Both the position numbers and the translations under genes were made by a program. From the NCBI GenBank assembly GCA_963654425.1, contig CAVKAR010000001.1, positions 888 through 64,887 on the forward strand: a stretch of DNA of 64,000 nt. The letters are read 5' to 3'. Of this stretch, positions 17,891-27,414 are shown piece after piece. Every line of letters starts with the position of its first letter. Position 1 is the stretch's first letter. This DNA comes from Lachnospiraceae bacterium. GTDB lineage: Bacteria; Bacillota_I; Bacilli_A; RFN20; CAG-826. The notes under the pieces are model-generated. The model made no database searches. It was given only the letters and a program-made list of their open reading frames with translations, and was not told where the DNA came from.

Positions 17891-20521
17891 ATGAGCAGAC
17901 CAAATCAAGCAAAAACGCCGTTTCTCGATAGCGTCAAAGAATACATAAGCCATGATGTGACGCCTTTCGATGTCCCTGGGCACCATATGGGGAATGTCGA
18001 TAACGCCGCCACGAGGCTATTTGGCAAAGAAACATACCGCGCCGATGTCAACGCCCCGATTGGGCTGGATAATCTCGCCAAGCCGCACGGGGTCATACTT
18101 GAGGCGGAAAGATTGCTCGCTGATGCTTGTGGGGCCGATGAGGCTTTTTTCCTGATTGATGGGACAAGCAGCGGCATCATCGCGATGATCATGACCGCTT
18201 GCAAGGCCGGGGAGAAAATCATCTTGCCTCGCAATATCCACAAATCCGTGATCAACGCCCTCATCCTATCTGGCGCCGTGCCAGTTTACGTGATGCCGGA
18301 AATCGATGGCGATTTAGAGATTGCGAATCAGCCTTCCACCGAGGCATTCAAGAAGGCCATTCTCCGTAATCCGAGCGCAAAAGCCGTCTTTGTGATAAAC
18401 CCGACTTATTTTGGCTCAACATGCGATTTGAAAGAGGTCGTCGACTTTGCTCATGCCCATAAAATGGCCGTCCTTTGCGATGAGGCCCATGGGGCGCATT
18501 ACTATTTCAAAACGAAAAAACATCCGCTTTCTGCGATGGAAGCGGGGGCCGATATGAGCGCCGCCAGCTTTCATAAGACGGTTGGTTCATTGACGCAAAG
18601 CTCGGTTTTGCTATTGAAAAGCAATTTCTATAAGCGCGAAGACGTGCAGAAAAACATCAATATATTGAATTCTACCTCGCCTTCATCTCTGCTCCTTTGC
18701 TCTCTTGATGCCGCAAGAGCCTTTATGGCAAGCTCTGAAGGCAGCAAGGACATGGAAGGGGTGTATAAGCTTGCCAAATACGCTCGCGAGAAAATAAACG
18801 CGATACCTGGCTTCGTCGATAATGGCCGCGAGCATTTTCTTAAGCACGGTTCTTTTGACTACGATGAAACAAAACTCGTTATCGGCATAGATAGGCTCGA
18901 CATCGATGGGTATGAGCTATACCGCTTATTGAAGAGCGATTACGACATTCAGATGGAGCTAGGGGAGCCTTATGCCGTACTCGGCATTTTGGCCATCGGC
19001 ACCAAACAAGAGCACATCGACCGTCTTATTGAGGCTTTGAAGGATATCTCGCTTAAGCACTTCAATAAGAAAATAGTCTATGAAGACCATCATTTTTCAA
19101 ACAAATTCCCTTATCAGATTTGTCGTCCCCGTGTCGCCTATTCAGCCCCTAACATCATAAAGAGCCTCGATGACTGCGATGGGGAAATAAGCCAAGAACA
19201 GGTCATGATGTACCCTCCAGGCATTCCCCTTATCGTGCCAGGCGAGGTGTGGGATAAAGAACTCATCGCCCGCGTCAAAGACATCGAAAATAACGGTTTG
19301 ACCCTATTAAGCAACCATGCGAAGGGGTTCGACGTTATCGACACTTCCAAGTGGCGCCGCTTCTATGTTTACGAGAAGAGGCTTACCGATTATTACGAAA
19401 ACAAGATAACCACGCCTATTTCAGACGGTTTCCGCTTGTCTTTTGAAGGCGAAAAGCACAAAGCCACGCTCATCTTGATGCCGTTTAGAGCTGATACCTG
19501 GAGAGAAGGAGCTCTACCAGCGCGAAAGGAATATATGGAAGTGATTCGTGCCATCTCGGAGCATGAGAAAGTGATCGTAGGCATTCATCCGCGCTTCTAT
19601 TCGTCTTTATCAGCAAGTTTCAAAGGCATGAAAAACGTCGAGACCATCTCGATTAAATACAACGATTCCTGGGCTCGCGACAATATGCCTTTGTTCGTCG
19701 TGAACAAGAAGACGAAAGCCATGAGGGCGGTCGATTTTCGCTTCAATGCCTGGGGTGGGGAATACGACGGCCTTTACCGCAATTACAAAGACGATGACAA
19801 ATTGTCTTCTTTGATCGCCAAGAGGATGAAACTGCTCTCCTATTATCTGCCTTCTTTTGTTTTAGAGGGCGGCAGCATCGCGGTCGATGGGGAAGGAACG
19901 CTTATAACCACAGAAGCATGCTTATTAAGCAAAGGCAGAAACCCGAACATGTCTAAACCGGAAATCGAGGAAACGCTTAGGGAATTCCTCGGGATAGACA
20001 AAGTCATATGGGTAAGGCACGGCATTTACGAAGACGAGACGGACGAGCACGTGGACAATATGGTCGCTTTCGTCAAGCCGGGCGAAGTCGTCATGGCATG
20101 GTGCGATGATAAAAAAGACCCTCAATACGAATACTGCCGAGAAACATATGAAGATTTGGCAAAAAGCACCGATGCATCCGGAAGAAAACTCATAATCCAC
20201 AAAATAAAAGTTCCTTCGCCATGCTTATCGATGAGCAAAGAAGAGGCAAAAGGCTTGTCTAATGGCCGCGGCACAATCAAAAAGCGTCAAGCCGGAGATC
20301 GCTTGGCCGCGAGTTACGTCAACTTTTACCAAGGGAAAGACTTCGTTTTGCTTCCTTCTTTCGGCGTGAAAGAGGACGAAGAGGCGCTCACGGCTTTTAC
20401 TTCGCTTTTCCCAAATAAAAAGATTCATCAGATTTACACCCGGGAGATACTCCTTGGCGGCGGGAATATCCACTGCATAACTATGCAAATACCCGAGAAT
20501 GGAGGGGATAATGAAAATTAA
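17891..20521 (+). CDS. Fusion protein: Orn/Lys/Arg decarboxylase (SpeA-like, PLP fold I) joined to agmatine deiminase
   Basis: Residues ~1-495 carry FDVPGHHMG and the PLP-lysine motif ASFHKT. Residues ~505-876 carry GFRLSFEGEKHKATLILMPF…TWR and a C-terminal GGGNIHCITMQ (catalytic Cys), as in AguA. Confidence 0.85.
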   Translation: MSRPNQAKTPFLDSVKEYISHDVTPFDVPGHHMGNVDNAATRLFGKETYRADVNAPIGLDNLAKPHGVILEAERLLADACGADEAFFLIDGTSSGIIAMIMTACKAGEKIILPRNIHKSVINALILSGAVPVYVMPEIDGDLEIANQPSTEAFKKAILRNPSAKAVFVINPTYFGSTCDLKEVVDFAHAHKMAVLCDEAHGAHYYFKTKKHPLSAMEAGADMSAASFHKTVGSLTQSSVLLLKSNFYKREDVQKNINILNSTSPSSLLLCSLDAARAFMASSEGSKDMEGVYKLAKYAREKINAIPGFVDNGREHFLKHGSFDYDETKLVIGIDRLDIDGYELYRLLKSDYDIQMELGEPYAVLGILAIGTKQEHIDRLIEALKDISLKHFNKKIVYEDHHFSNKFPYQICRPRVAYSAPNIIKSLDDCDGEISQEQVMMYPPGIPLIVPGEVWDKELIARVKDIENNGLTLLSNHAKGFDVIDTSKWRRFYVYEKRLTDYYENKITTPISDGFRLSFEGEKHKATLILMPFRADTWREGALPARKEYMEVIRAISEHEKVIVGIHPRFYSSLSASFKGMKNVETISIKYNDSWARDNMPLFVVNKKTKAMRAVDFRFNAWGGEYDGLYRNYKDDDKLSSLIAKRMKLLSYYLPSFVLEGGSIAVDGEGTLITTEACLLSKGRNPNMSKPEIEETLREFLGIDKVIWVRHGIYEDETDEHVDNMVAFVKPGEVVMAWCDDKKDPQYEYCRETYEDLAKSTDASGRKLIIHKIKVPSPCLSMSKEEAKGLSNGRGTIKKRQAGDRLAASYVNFYQGKDFVLLPSFGVKEDEEALTAFTSLFPNKKIHQIYTREILLGGGNIHCITMQIPENGGDNEN

Positions 20522-21374
20522 AGCGGCGATTACGCAGTTTTCGATGACTGTAAATTACGAAGAAAACATCGCAAAAGCCGATTGTTTGATCGAAAAAGCG
20601 GCGGAAAGCGGGGCAAATATAATACTTTTGCCAGAGCTATTCGAAGGACCGTATTTCTGCCAAATCGAGGATTATCGTAATTTTACATTGGCCGAGACAT
20701 TCAAGGACAGCAAAACAATCGCGCATTTTGCTGAAGTTGCCAAACGATTCAACGTTGTTTTGCCTATATCCTTTTTCGAGAAGGCCGGCGTGAGCTATTT
20801 TAATTCTTTGGCCGTAATCGATGCTGACGGGAAAGTTCTTGGGCTTTACCGCAAAAGCCATATTCCGACTGGCGAGTGCTACGAAGAGAAGTTCTATTTC
20901 TCGGAAGGCGATACCGGATTTAAGGTTTTCGAAACGAAGTTCGGGAAAATCGGCATTGGGATCTGCTGGGATCAGTGGTTCCCGGAAGTTGCCCGCATTT
21001 TGACGCTTATGGGCGCGGAGATATTGCTTTACCCGACGGCGATTGGCAGCGAGCCCGTCCTTCCAAAAGATTCGAAGAGCCATTGGCAAAACGTCATGAA
21101 AGGCCATGCAGCAGCCAACGTGATACCTGTTCTAGCGAGCAATCGTGTCGGCTTGGAGAAAGCCAGCTCTTCCTCCATGACTTTTTTCGGTTCCTCCTTT
21201 ATTGCCGATCAACATGGCGACATACTCGAAGAAATGGACCGGAAAGAGGAAGGTTTCAGAGCAGCGGAACTAGATTTGGCCAAATTCAATGACGACCGTA
21301 TAGACTGGGGCGTTTTCCGCGATCGACGAACCGATTTATACGCTGGCATATTGAAGAAAACGTTGGAGGAGTGA
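20511..21374 (+). CDS. aguB: N-carbamoylputrescine amidase (CN-hydrolase)
   Basis: It has LPELFEGPYFC, YRKSHIP and GIGICWDQWFPE, the E-K-C triad regions. GGAGGGG RBS lies upstream. The start overlaps the fusion gene's stop by 11 nt. Confidence 0.88.
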   Translation: MKIKAAITQFSMTVNYEENIAKADCLIEKAAESGANIILLPELFEGPYFCQIEDYRNFTLAETFKDSKTIAHFAEVAKRFNVVLPISFFEKAGVSYFNSLAVIDADGKVLGLYRKSHIPTGECYEEKFYFSEGDTGFKVFETKFGKIGIGICWDQWFPEVARILTLMGAEILLYPTAIGSEPVLPKDSKSHWQNVMKGHAAANVIPVLASNRVGLEKASSSSMTFFGSSFIADQHGDILEEMDRKEEGFRAAELDLAKFNDDRIDWGVFRDRRTDLYAGILKKTLEE

Positions 21375-21380
21375 TTTTGT

Positions 21381-21983
21381 ATGGAATGGCTGGGTTTATC
21401 TTTTGTTTTTGGAATCGCTTTGGCGATGGATTGCTTTGCTTTGTCCATTTCTGATGGCCTTGTCTATCAGGATTTGGATAAGAAGAAACCTTTCTTCATC
21501 GCTGGCGTCTTTGGCATTGCGCAAGGCTTATTCCCCCTTGTGGGCTTTTTGCTAGGCGAAGTCATCGCCAAGCAAATCGACAAATACGATCACTGGATAG
21601 CTTTCGCCCTGCTCCTCATCATCGGCGGGAAAATGATTTTCGAAGGAACGAAGGGGATCGTTAAACCGGAGACAAAGGAACCGAAGAAGTTCTCATATGG
21701 CGAAGTGCTTGTTCAAGGCGTCGCCGATTCTATCGATGCTTTGGCGGTCGGGATTACTATCAGAACCAACATCCATGCAACCGCCGATTATCAGATTTAC
21801 CTAGCCTTTGCCATTATCGCTTTTTGCTCATTCGCCATTTCTCTTATCGGCCTATTCTCTGGTAAGCAAATCAACAAACTCCTTAAGGGGAAATACGAGA
21901 TCAGCGAAATCGTCGGTGGCGCCATACTTGTGATATTGGGAACGCTGCTCCTATTAGAAGGATTGAACGTAATCGCGTTTTAA
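21381..21983 (+). CDS. mntP: Manganese efflux pump MntP family
   Basis: It has two DUF204-type repeats with DCFALSISDG and DSIDALAVG. Confidence 0.8.
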   Translation: MEWLGLSFVFGIALAMDCFALSISDGLVYQDLDKKKPFFIAGVFGIAQGLFPLVGFLLGEVIAKQIDKYDHWIAFALLLIIGGKMIFEGTKGIVKPETKEPKKFSYGEVLVQGVADSIDALAVGITIRTNIHATADYQIYLAFAIIAFCSFAISLIGLFSGKQINKLLKGKYEISEIVGGAILVILGTLLLLEGLNVIAF

Positions 21984-21992
21984 TAAGCAAAA

Positions 21993-23885
21993 ATGAGAAA
22001 AAGAGTCCTTGATATCGTTATCGTATTCGCTTTTGCTTTCATTGGTTCGTGCTCGAACCTTGAGGCATCTTCTTCCTCCTCTTCCTCTTTTGAAACCTCA
22101 TCCTCATCTTCTTCCTCCTCTTCTAGCGAAGCCCCTTCCTCCTCCCTCTTCTCGATTTCTGATTCTTGCGATTACAAAGCGTTTTCATCTTTTAGGCTGA
22201 GCGAGAAAGTGATGGGCTTTTCTATTGATGGAAATGCCTCTTTGGATAACGAATACGCGAGGTTTTCCATAAACAAAGGCCAAGAAAGCGATTTTTTCTC
22301 GTTAGAAAAAGGCGGCAATTTCACTAACGAGACGCCACTTACTTACGTCGTCGGTATTGAAGTCGATTATGAGATGAAGAGCGCATACGGCCAGCTTTTT
22401 TATTCAGTCGGCGATTACCCGATTTCCTCTCCTAACGCCTCAATTTTGCCCATTTATAGCGGAAGCAAAATCACCTTTGATAATGGAGGCTACCCTTACT
22501 TTTCCCTTTACGCGGCAGTAGGGGAGTTCGATATAAAAAGCATTTCCGTTTTCGCGGGGGGAGAAAGAGCGGAGAAGGATACGACCGATATCGATGTCTA
22601 TTCCGTGAACGATGTCCATGGGGCCATCGATTACAACGTGAGCTCGGCAAAGCAAATAGGCGCAAGCAGGATGAGCAGCTATTTCTCTAGCAAAGGACAA
22701 GAGAACATCAGCGGCAGCGTCTTCCTTTCTAGCGGCGACATGTGGCAAGGAAGCGCCGATAGCAACATGAGCGAAGGAAGGCTCATGAACGAGTGGATGA
22801 ACATGGTTGGTTTTGAAAGCATGGCCCTTGGCAATCATGAATTCGATTGGAAGCCAGCGACCATCGAAAAGAACGCCAAAGAAGCCAATTTCCCATATCT
22901 ATGCATAAATCTCCGTGACGAGAACGACGAAATGCCTTCTTGGGTATCGGCGAGCAAAATCATCGTTCGCCAAGGCATAAAAATCGGAATCATCGGGGCG
23001 ATAGGCCAACTGGAATCGTCGATTGAGGTCAATTCTTTATCCGGCTACTACTTTTCTCCGAGCTATATATCCTTAATCAATAAGGAAGCCACGCGCCTAC
23101 GCGAACTTGAGGGATGCTCGCTCGTTTTCCTTTCTTACCATAACGACGATTTCGATACTTCTTCTTGCCATAACATCGATGCCGTATTCGAAGGCCATAC
23201 GCACGAAGGATATTCCCGCGTTGACCAATATGGCATTCCGCACGTGCAATGCTATGGCAATGGCTCAGGCATTCAGCATCTCAAATTCAAGAGAATGGAA
23301 GATGGATCTTACAAATATAGCGATGAGGGAAGCGATATGTTTTCCTACACTTCAGCTTCATCTTTGTCTACCTTTGCCCCGTTTGAGAGGATGTATGCCT
23401 ATTTCGAGGAGCAAATAGCCCCAATCAAGAACAAAGTCGTTGGGACGACAAACAAAACCCTTTCAAGAGACGATATAGGGGCAATAGCCTCCAAAGCGCT
23501 ATATCGTTACGCTGACGATACATACCATCAATATAACGTGGTAGCCTCCGTCATCAATTCAGGTGGGGTAAGACAAACGATACCGGCGGGCGAAGTCAGC
23601 TATGGACAGATTTACGCGGCTTTGCCTTTCGATAACACGAATAATATATGCTCAATAATGGGCAGCGATCTCAAGAGGCTCTATTTGAATAACGGCAGCT
23701 ATTATTATTCGTATTGTGATGAAGATTCTTCTTCATTAAAGGATAATGAACGATATAACGTAATAACATTGTCATACATAAGCGATGGCAAATACGGCAA
23801 GAATTTTACCGTTTTAGAGCGTGACGCCAATTACCTTCGCAACATTGTGGCTGATTATTTCATGGAGGCGATAAGCGATGCATAA
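21993..23885 (+). CDS. Lipoprotein: 5'-nucleotidase / metallophosphoesterase
   Basis: It has a lipobox (FAFIGSC) and a Ser-rich linker. The calcineurin-like motifs are VNDVHG, GDMWQGS and GNHEFD. A 5'-nucleotidase C-terminal domain follows. Confidence 0.8.
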   Translation: MRKRVLDIVIVFAFAFIGSCSNLEASSSSSSSFETSSSSSSSSSSEAPSSSLFSISDSCDYKAFSSFRLSEKVMGFSIDGNASLDNEYARFSINKGQESDFFSLEKGGNFTNETPLTYVVGIEVDYEMKSAYGQLFYSVGDYPISSPNASILPIYSGSKITFDNGGYPYFSLYAAVGEFDIKSISVFAGGERAEKDTTDIDVYSVNDVHGAIDYNVSSAKQIGASRMSSYFSSKGQENISGSVFLSSGDMWQGSADSNMSEGRLMNEWMNMVGFESMALGNHEFDWKPATIEKNAKEANFPYLCINLRDENDEMPSWVSASKIIVRQGIKIGIIGAIGQLESSIEVNSLSGYYFSPSYISLINKEATRLRELEGCSLVFLSYHNDDFDTSSCHNIDAVFEGHTHEGYSRVDQYGIPHVQCYGNGSGIQHLKFKRMEDGSYKYSDEGSDMFSYTSASSLSTFAPFERMYAYFEEQIAPIKNKVVGTTNKTLSRDDIGAIASKALYRYADDTYHQYNVVASVINSGGVRQTIPAGEVSYGQIYAALPFDNTNNICSIMGSDLKRLYLNNGSYYYSYCDEDSSSLKDNERYNVITLSYISDGKYGKNFTVLERDANYLRNIVADYFMEAISDA

Positions 23886-24726
23886 GTGGGGATTGGCGAT
23901 TCAAGGCGGAGGGATCCGTGGGGCGTACGCGGCTGGGGCCGTTGACGTTTTGATGGAAAAAGGCCTATATGCATCTCTGTGTTACGGCACGAGCGCCGGC
24001 GCTTTGGTGGGCGCGAATTACACGGCGAAAGAAAAAGGCAGAACCATCGAAATCATGCTTAAGGCCATGCATGATCCCCGATTCGTCTCCTTCGCTCATT
24101 TTTTGAAGAAAGGCAATTTCTTCAATTTCCCATGGCTATTCCAGGACGCAAAAGCCATTTTCCCTTTCAATGATGAGGCCTTTTATAATTCGGAAACCGA
24201 TTTCTATGCGGTAAGCACCAATTGCTTGGATGGAAGTCCGACTTATTGGAACAAAAAAGACGAGCATTTTTATGATGGTTTAGCCGCCAGCTGCTCTTTG
24301 CCGATGTTCACGAAAAAACCGATTATGGTAAATGGCCTTCCTTGCTTAGACGGGGGAATTGTGGAGAGAATCCCCTATCACAAAATGCTCGAAGATGGCG
24401 TCTCGAAAATCGTGGTCATCTGCACACGCCCACGCGGATTCAGATACGGAGATATCGGGAGCATCGAAAAAACGATTGTCAAAGACCGCTACAAAAAATA
24501 TCCGAAATTCGTCGAATGCGAACTCAAGAATCATGAGCTTTTCAATGAGCACATGGAGGAACTTGAGCGTTTGGAAGAAGAAGGAAGAGTCATCGTCGTT
24601 TGGCCTTCAAAAAGCACGGACATCAGCTTTTTTGAGCGGAGAGGCTCCAAAATCTGCCCCCTATACGAGCTAGGGAGAAAAGATTGCGAAGAATTATTGG
24701 ACAAAATAGAGAAATCTATCGGCTGA
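23878..24726 (+). CDS. Patatin-like phospholipase
   Basis: It has the GGGIRGAY oxyanion motif, GTSAGA (GxSxG) and DGG. Confidence 0.8.
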   Translation: MHKWGLAIQGGGIRGAYAAGAVDVLMEKGLYASLCYGTSAGALVGANYTAKEKGRTIEIMLKAMHDPRFVSFAHFLKKGNFFNFPWLFQDAKAIFPFNDEAFYNSETDFYAVSTNCLDGSPTYWNKKDEHFYDGLAASCSLPMFTKKPIMVNGLPCLDGGIVERIPYHKMLEDGVSKIVVICTRPRGFRYGDIGSIEKTIVKDRYKKYPKFVECELKNHELFNEHMEELERLEEEGRVIVVWPSKSTDISFFERRGSKICPLYELGRKDCEELLDKIEKSIG

Positions 24727-24758
24727 ATTAAGCGTTTTATGCCGTATAATTCTCTCTA

Positions 24759-25835
24759 ATGAACAAAAACGACAAAAAAGCGCATCGAGGGAAAAAAGGA
24801 CTTGTCAATCCGAACAGGATCAAGACCTTTTTGGTTTATAAAGAATGCGAGCTTTTGCCGTTTTTAGAGATGAAGATGCCTGGGCTAAACCGCTCCCAGA
24901 TACGCCATATCATCGCAAGCCAGCAGGTTTCCGTTGGCGGAGCGCCGACTACCCTTTTCGCTTTCAAGCTTTATCCAGAAGACGAAGTCGTTGTTAGCCG
25001 GGATAGAATCGCAAGAAAAAACAGGCGTGATGTCCCTATACTCTACGAAGATGATGACATCATTGCGATCGATAAGCCTTCGGGGCTTCTTTCAGTGGCG
25101 ACAGAGAGAGAAAAGGGCCGCACTGCTTATCGAATGGTGAGCGACTATATAACGAACAAAGACCACAACGCCCGCATATTTGTCGTTCATCGCCTTGACG
25201 AGGATACCTCTGGCGTGCTTGTCTTCGCCAAAAGCCACGAAGTTAGGGAGGCTCTTCAAAACAATTGGCAGGATATCGTCAGCAAAAGAGGATATTATGC
25301 GATTGTCGAAGGTGAGGACTGCCCTTCTTCTAAGCATTTGGAAAATTATCTGTCTCAAGATAATTTTCAACTCGTTTATGTCACCAAAAACAAATCAAAA
25401 GGCAAGCTAGCCATCACCGATTTCACCAAAATCACCGCAAAAGGCGGATATTCTTTGCTCGACGTCAATATTTCCTCGGGGAGGAAAAACCAAATCCGCG
25501 TGCAGCTTGGGAACATCGGACACTACGTTATCGGAGATGATAAATACGGGGAGCCGCCAGATCCGCTGCACCGGCTCGGCTTACATGCTTATGAGCTTGA
25601 ATTCACTAATCCGCTCAATAACAAAAAATATGATATAAAAAGTCCAATGCCCGACGTATTCAAATCGTTAATGTTTATGGATAAAAGCGCGGAAAAGAAA
25701 AAGGAGGTTAAAAATGGAACAAGAGAAAACGGAAATGGCGCCAGTTTACACCATCGAGACGCCAAAGACGGAAGCCTCTCTGGCAACCGAAGCAAAAAGC
25801 CCAGCGCCAAAAAAGAAAAAAACAAAAAGAAATAA
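24759..25835 (+). CDS. RluA/RluD-family pseudouridine synthase with a basic low-complexity C-terminal tail
   Basis: It has an S4-like N-terminus and the catalytic HRLDEDTSGVLVFAK. The tail KEVKNGTRENG…KKEKNKKK overlaps the next gene. Confidence 0.85.
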   Translation: MNKNDKKAHRGKKGLVNPNRIKTFLVYKECELLPFLEMKMPGLNRSQIRHIIASQQVSVGGAPTTLFAFKLYPEDEVVVSRDRIARKNRRDVPILYEDDDIIAIDKPSGLLSVATEREKGRTAYRMVSDYITNKDHNARIFVVHRLDEDTSGVLVFAKSHEVREALQNNWQDIVSKRGYYAIVEGEDCPSSKHLENYLSQDNFQLVYVTKNKSKGKLAITDFTKITAKGGYSLLDVNISSGRKNQIRVQLGNIGHYVIGDDKYGEPPDPLHRLGLHAYELEFTNPLNNKKYDIKSPMPDVFKSLMFMDKSAEKKKEVKNGTRENGNGASLHHRDAKDGSLSGNRSKKPSAKKEKNKKK

Positions 25836-27414
25836 GGACAATCTTTTCGTTTTTTGGCTCAAGAAATTCTGGGAGTCGCTTATTTGCGTTTTGCCGATTA
25901 TCGTGGTCGTCACGATTTTGGTCTGCACCTTGCCCTTGCTTACGGGTGACCAAGTAATGCCCTGGTCGGAGCTTGTGTGCTTCCTCATTTGCGCCTTTTT
26001 GATCGCCTTTGGCCTCACCTTCTTCAATAATGGCGCTGAGCAATACATGTCAAAGGTCGGCACCATTATCGGCGAAACCCTCTTTAAGCAGAAGAAACTG
26101 TTTCTCGTCATTTTGATGACTTTCATCATCGGCGTCCTTGTCACGATCGCTGAACCAGATCTGAAGGTTATGGCCGATCAAATCGGATGGAATGAGCAAA
26201 TACTCATCATTTCGGTCGGGGTCGGCGTCGGCTTATTCGTCGTTTTTGGCGTTTTGCGTATTCTCTTCAAGAAGAATCTTAACGTCATGTTCATCTGCTT
26301 TTACGGCATCGTCTTTGCATTGGCGGGTCTCGTCAATCCGAAATTCCTCCCGATCTGCTTTGATTCGGGTGGCGTTACGACAGGACCTGTAACCGTTCCT
26401 TTCATCCTTGCCTTTGGTGCAGGCTTAGCAGCCAGCAAAAAGAGCGATGATGGCGGAGGCGATTCCTTCGGCCTCACTGCTTTAGCTTCTGTCGGCCCGA
26501 TTTTGACGGTCATGGTCTTATCATTATTTGAAGACATCGACTCTTTGTCGTATCAAGAGGCTGTTATCTCGATTGATTTCAGCACTTGGGAAGCTTTCTG
26601 GCCAACTTTCGGGATGGGCTTATTGGAGCATTTATTCGAAGAGGTCAAAAACGTTGCCATCGCCATCGCCCCGGTTTTCGTTTTCTTCCTTATCTACAAT
26701 TTCATCTTCGTCCGTATCTCATTCAAGCAGATTATGCGTATCCTTGTCGGTCTAGTTTATGCCTATGTCGGCCTTGTTATCTTCCTTGGGGCGGTCAATA
26801 CAGGCTTTTTGCCAATCGCAAACGAAATCGGCAAATATTTAGGTTCACCAGCCCATGAGAGCTTATATCCGATTGCCATCGCCACCGGCGCCCTCTTTGG
26901 TTTATTCGGCGTCCTTGCTGAGCCTGCCGTCCACGTCCTTGTTCATCAAATCGAGACGGTTAGCGAAGGGACCATCAAATCGAAAACGGTTCTTGCGGCC
27001 CTCGCTATCGCGATTGCGGGCGGTGTCGCTTTGGCGGTTATCCGCGCCCATTATTCATTCAGCATTCTTTACTACATGGTGCCGGGATATATCATCGCTT
27101 TGGCTTTGTCTTTCCTCGTGCCGAAGATCTATACATCTATGGCTTTTGACTCGGGAGGTGTCGCAAGTGGGCCTATGGCTTCGACTTTCGTTATGCCTTT
27201 TTGCATCGGCTTTACCATCTCTCAGCATGGCACCGACCACGTTTATCAAGACGCTTTTGGCTGCGTCGCGATGATCGCTTTGATGCCTCTTATCGTCATT
27301 CAGCTCGTAGGTTTGTATGCTGGCATCAAACGCTCGCTTACTTATCGTCGCGCCCGTCAGCGCTTCATCGAGCCAAACGATACCCAAGTCATTCATTTTG
27401 AGGAGAGTTTATGA
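25714..27414 (+). CDS. DUF1538-type integral membrane protein, internally duplicated (two fused repeats)
   Basis: AGGAGG RBS lies upstream. There are about 12 TM helices. The repeat signatures are AEPDLKVMADQI…FDSGGVTTGPVTVPFILAFG and AEPAVHVLVHQI…FDSGGVASGPMASTFVMPFCIG. Confidence 0.7.
   Translation: MEQEKTEMAPVYTIETPKTEASLATEAKSPAPKKKKTKRNKDNLFVFWLKKFWESLICVLPIIVVVTILVCTLPLLTGDQVMPWSELVCFLICAFLIAFGLTFFNNGAEQYMSKVGTIIGETLFKQKKLFLVILMTFIIGVLVTIAEPDLKVMADQIGWNEQILIISVGVGVGLFVVFGVLRILFKKNLNVMFICFYGIVFALAGLVNPKFLPICFDSGGVTTGPVTVPFILAFGAGLAASKKSDDGGGDSFGLTALASVGPILTVMVLSLFEDIDSLSYQEAVISIDFSTWEAFWPTFGMGLLEHLFEEVKNVAIAIAPVFVFFLIYNFIFVRISFKQIMRILVGLVYAYVGLVIFLGAVNTGFLPIANEIGKYLGSPAHESLYPIAIATGALFGLFGVLAEPAVHVLVHQIETVSEGTIKSKTVLAALAIAIAGGVALAVIRAHYSFSILYYMVPGYIIALALSFLVPKIYTSMAFDSGGVASGPMASTFVMPFCIGFTISQHGTDHVYQDAFGCVAMIALMPLIVIQLVGLYAGIKRSLTYRRARQRFIEPNDTQVIHFEESL

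Noticed and set aside
21375-21380. An expected yybP-ykoY Mn riboswitch upstream of mntP
   Set aside because: Only 6 bp separate aguB and mntP, so there is no room for a riboswitch.
22050-22150. Repetitive tct/tcc-rich DNA that could look like a short tandem repeat or array
   Set aside because: It is the in-frame Ser-rich linker (SSSSSSSFETSSSSSSSSSSEAPSSS) after the lipobox of the 5'-nucleotidase lipoprotein. It has no spacer/repeat organisation.
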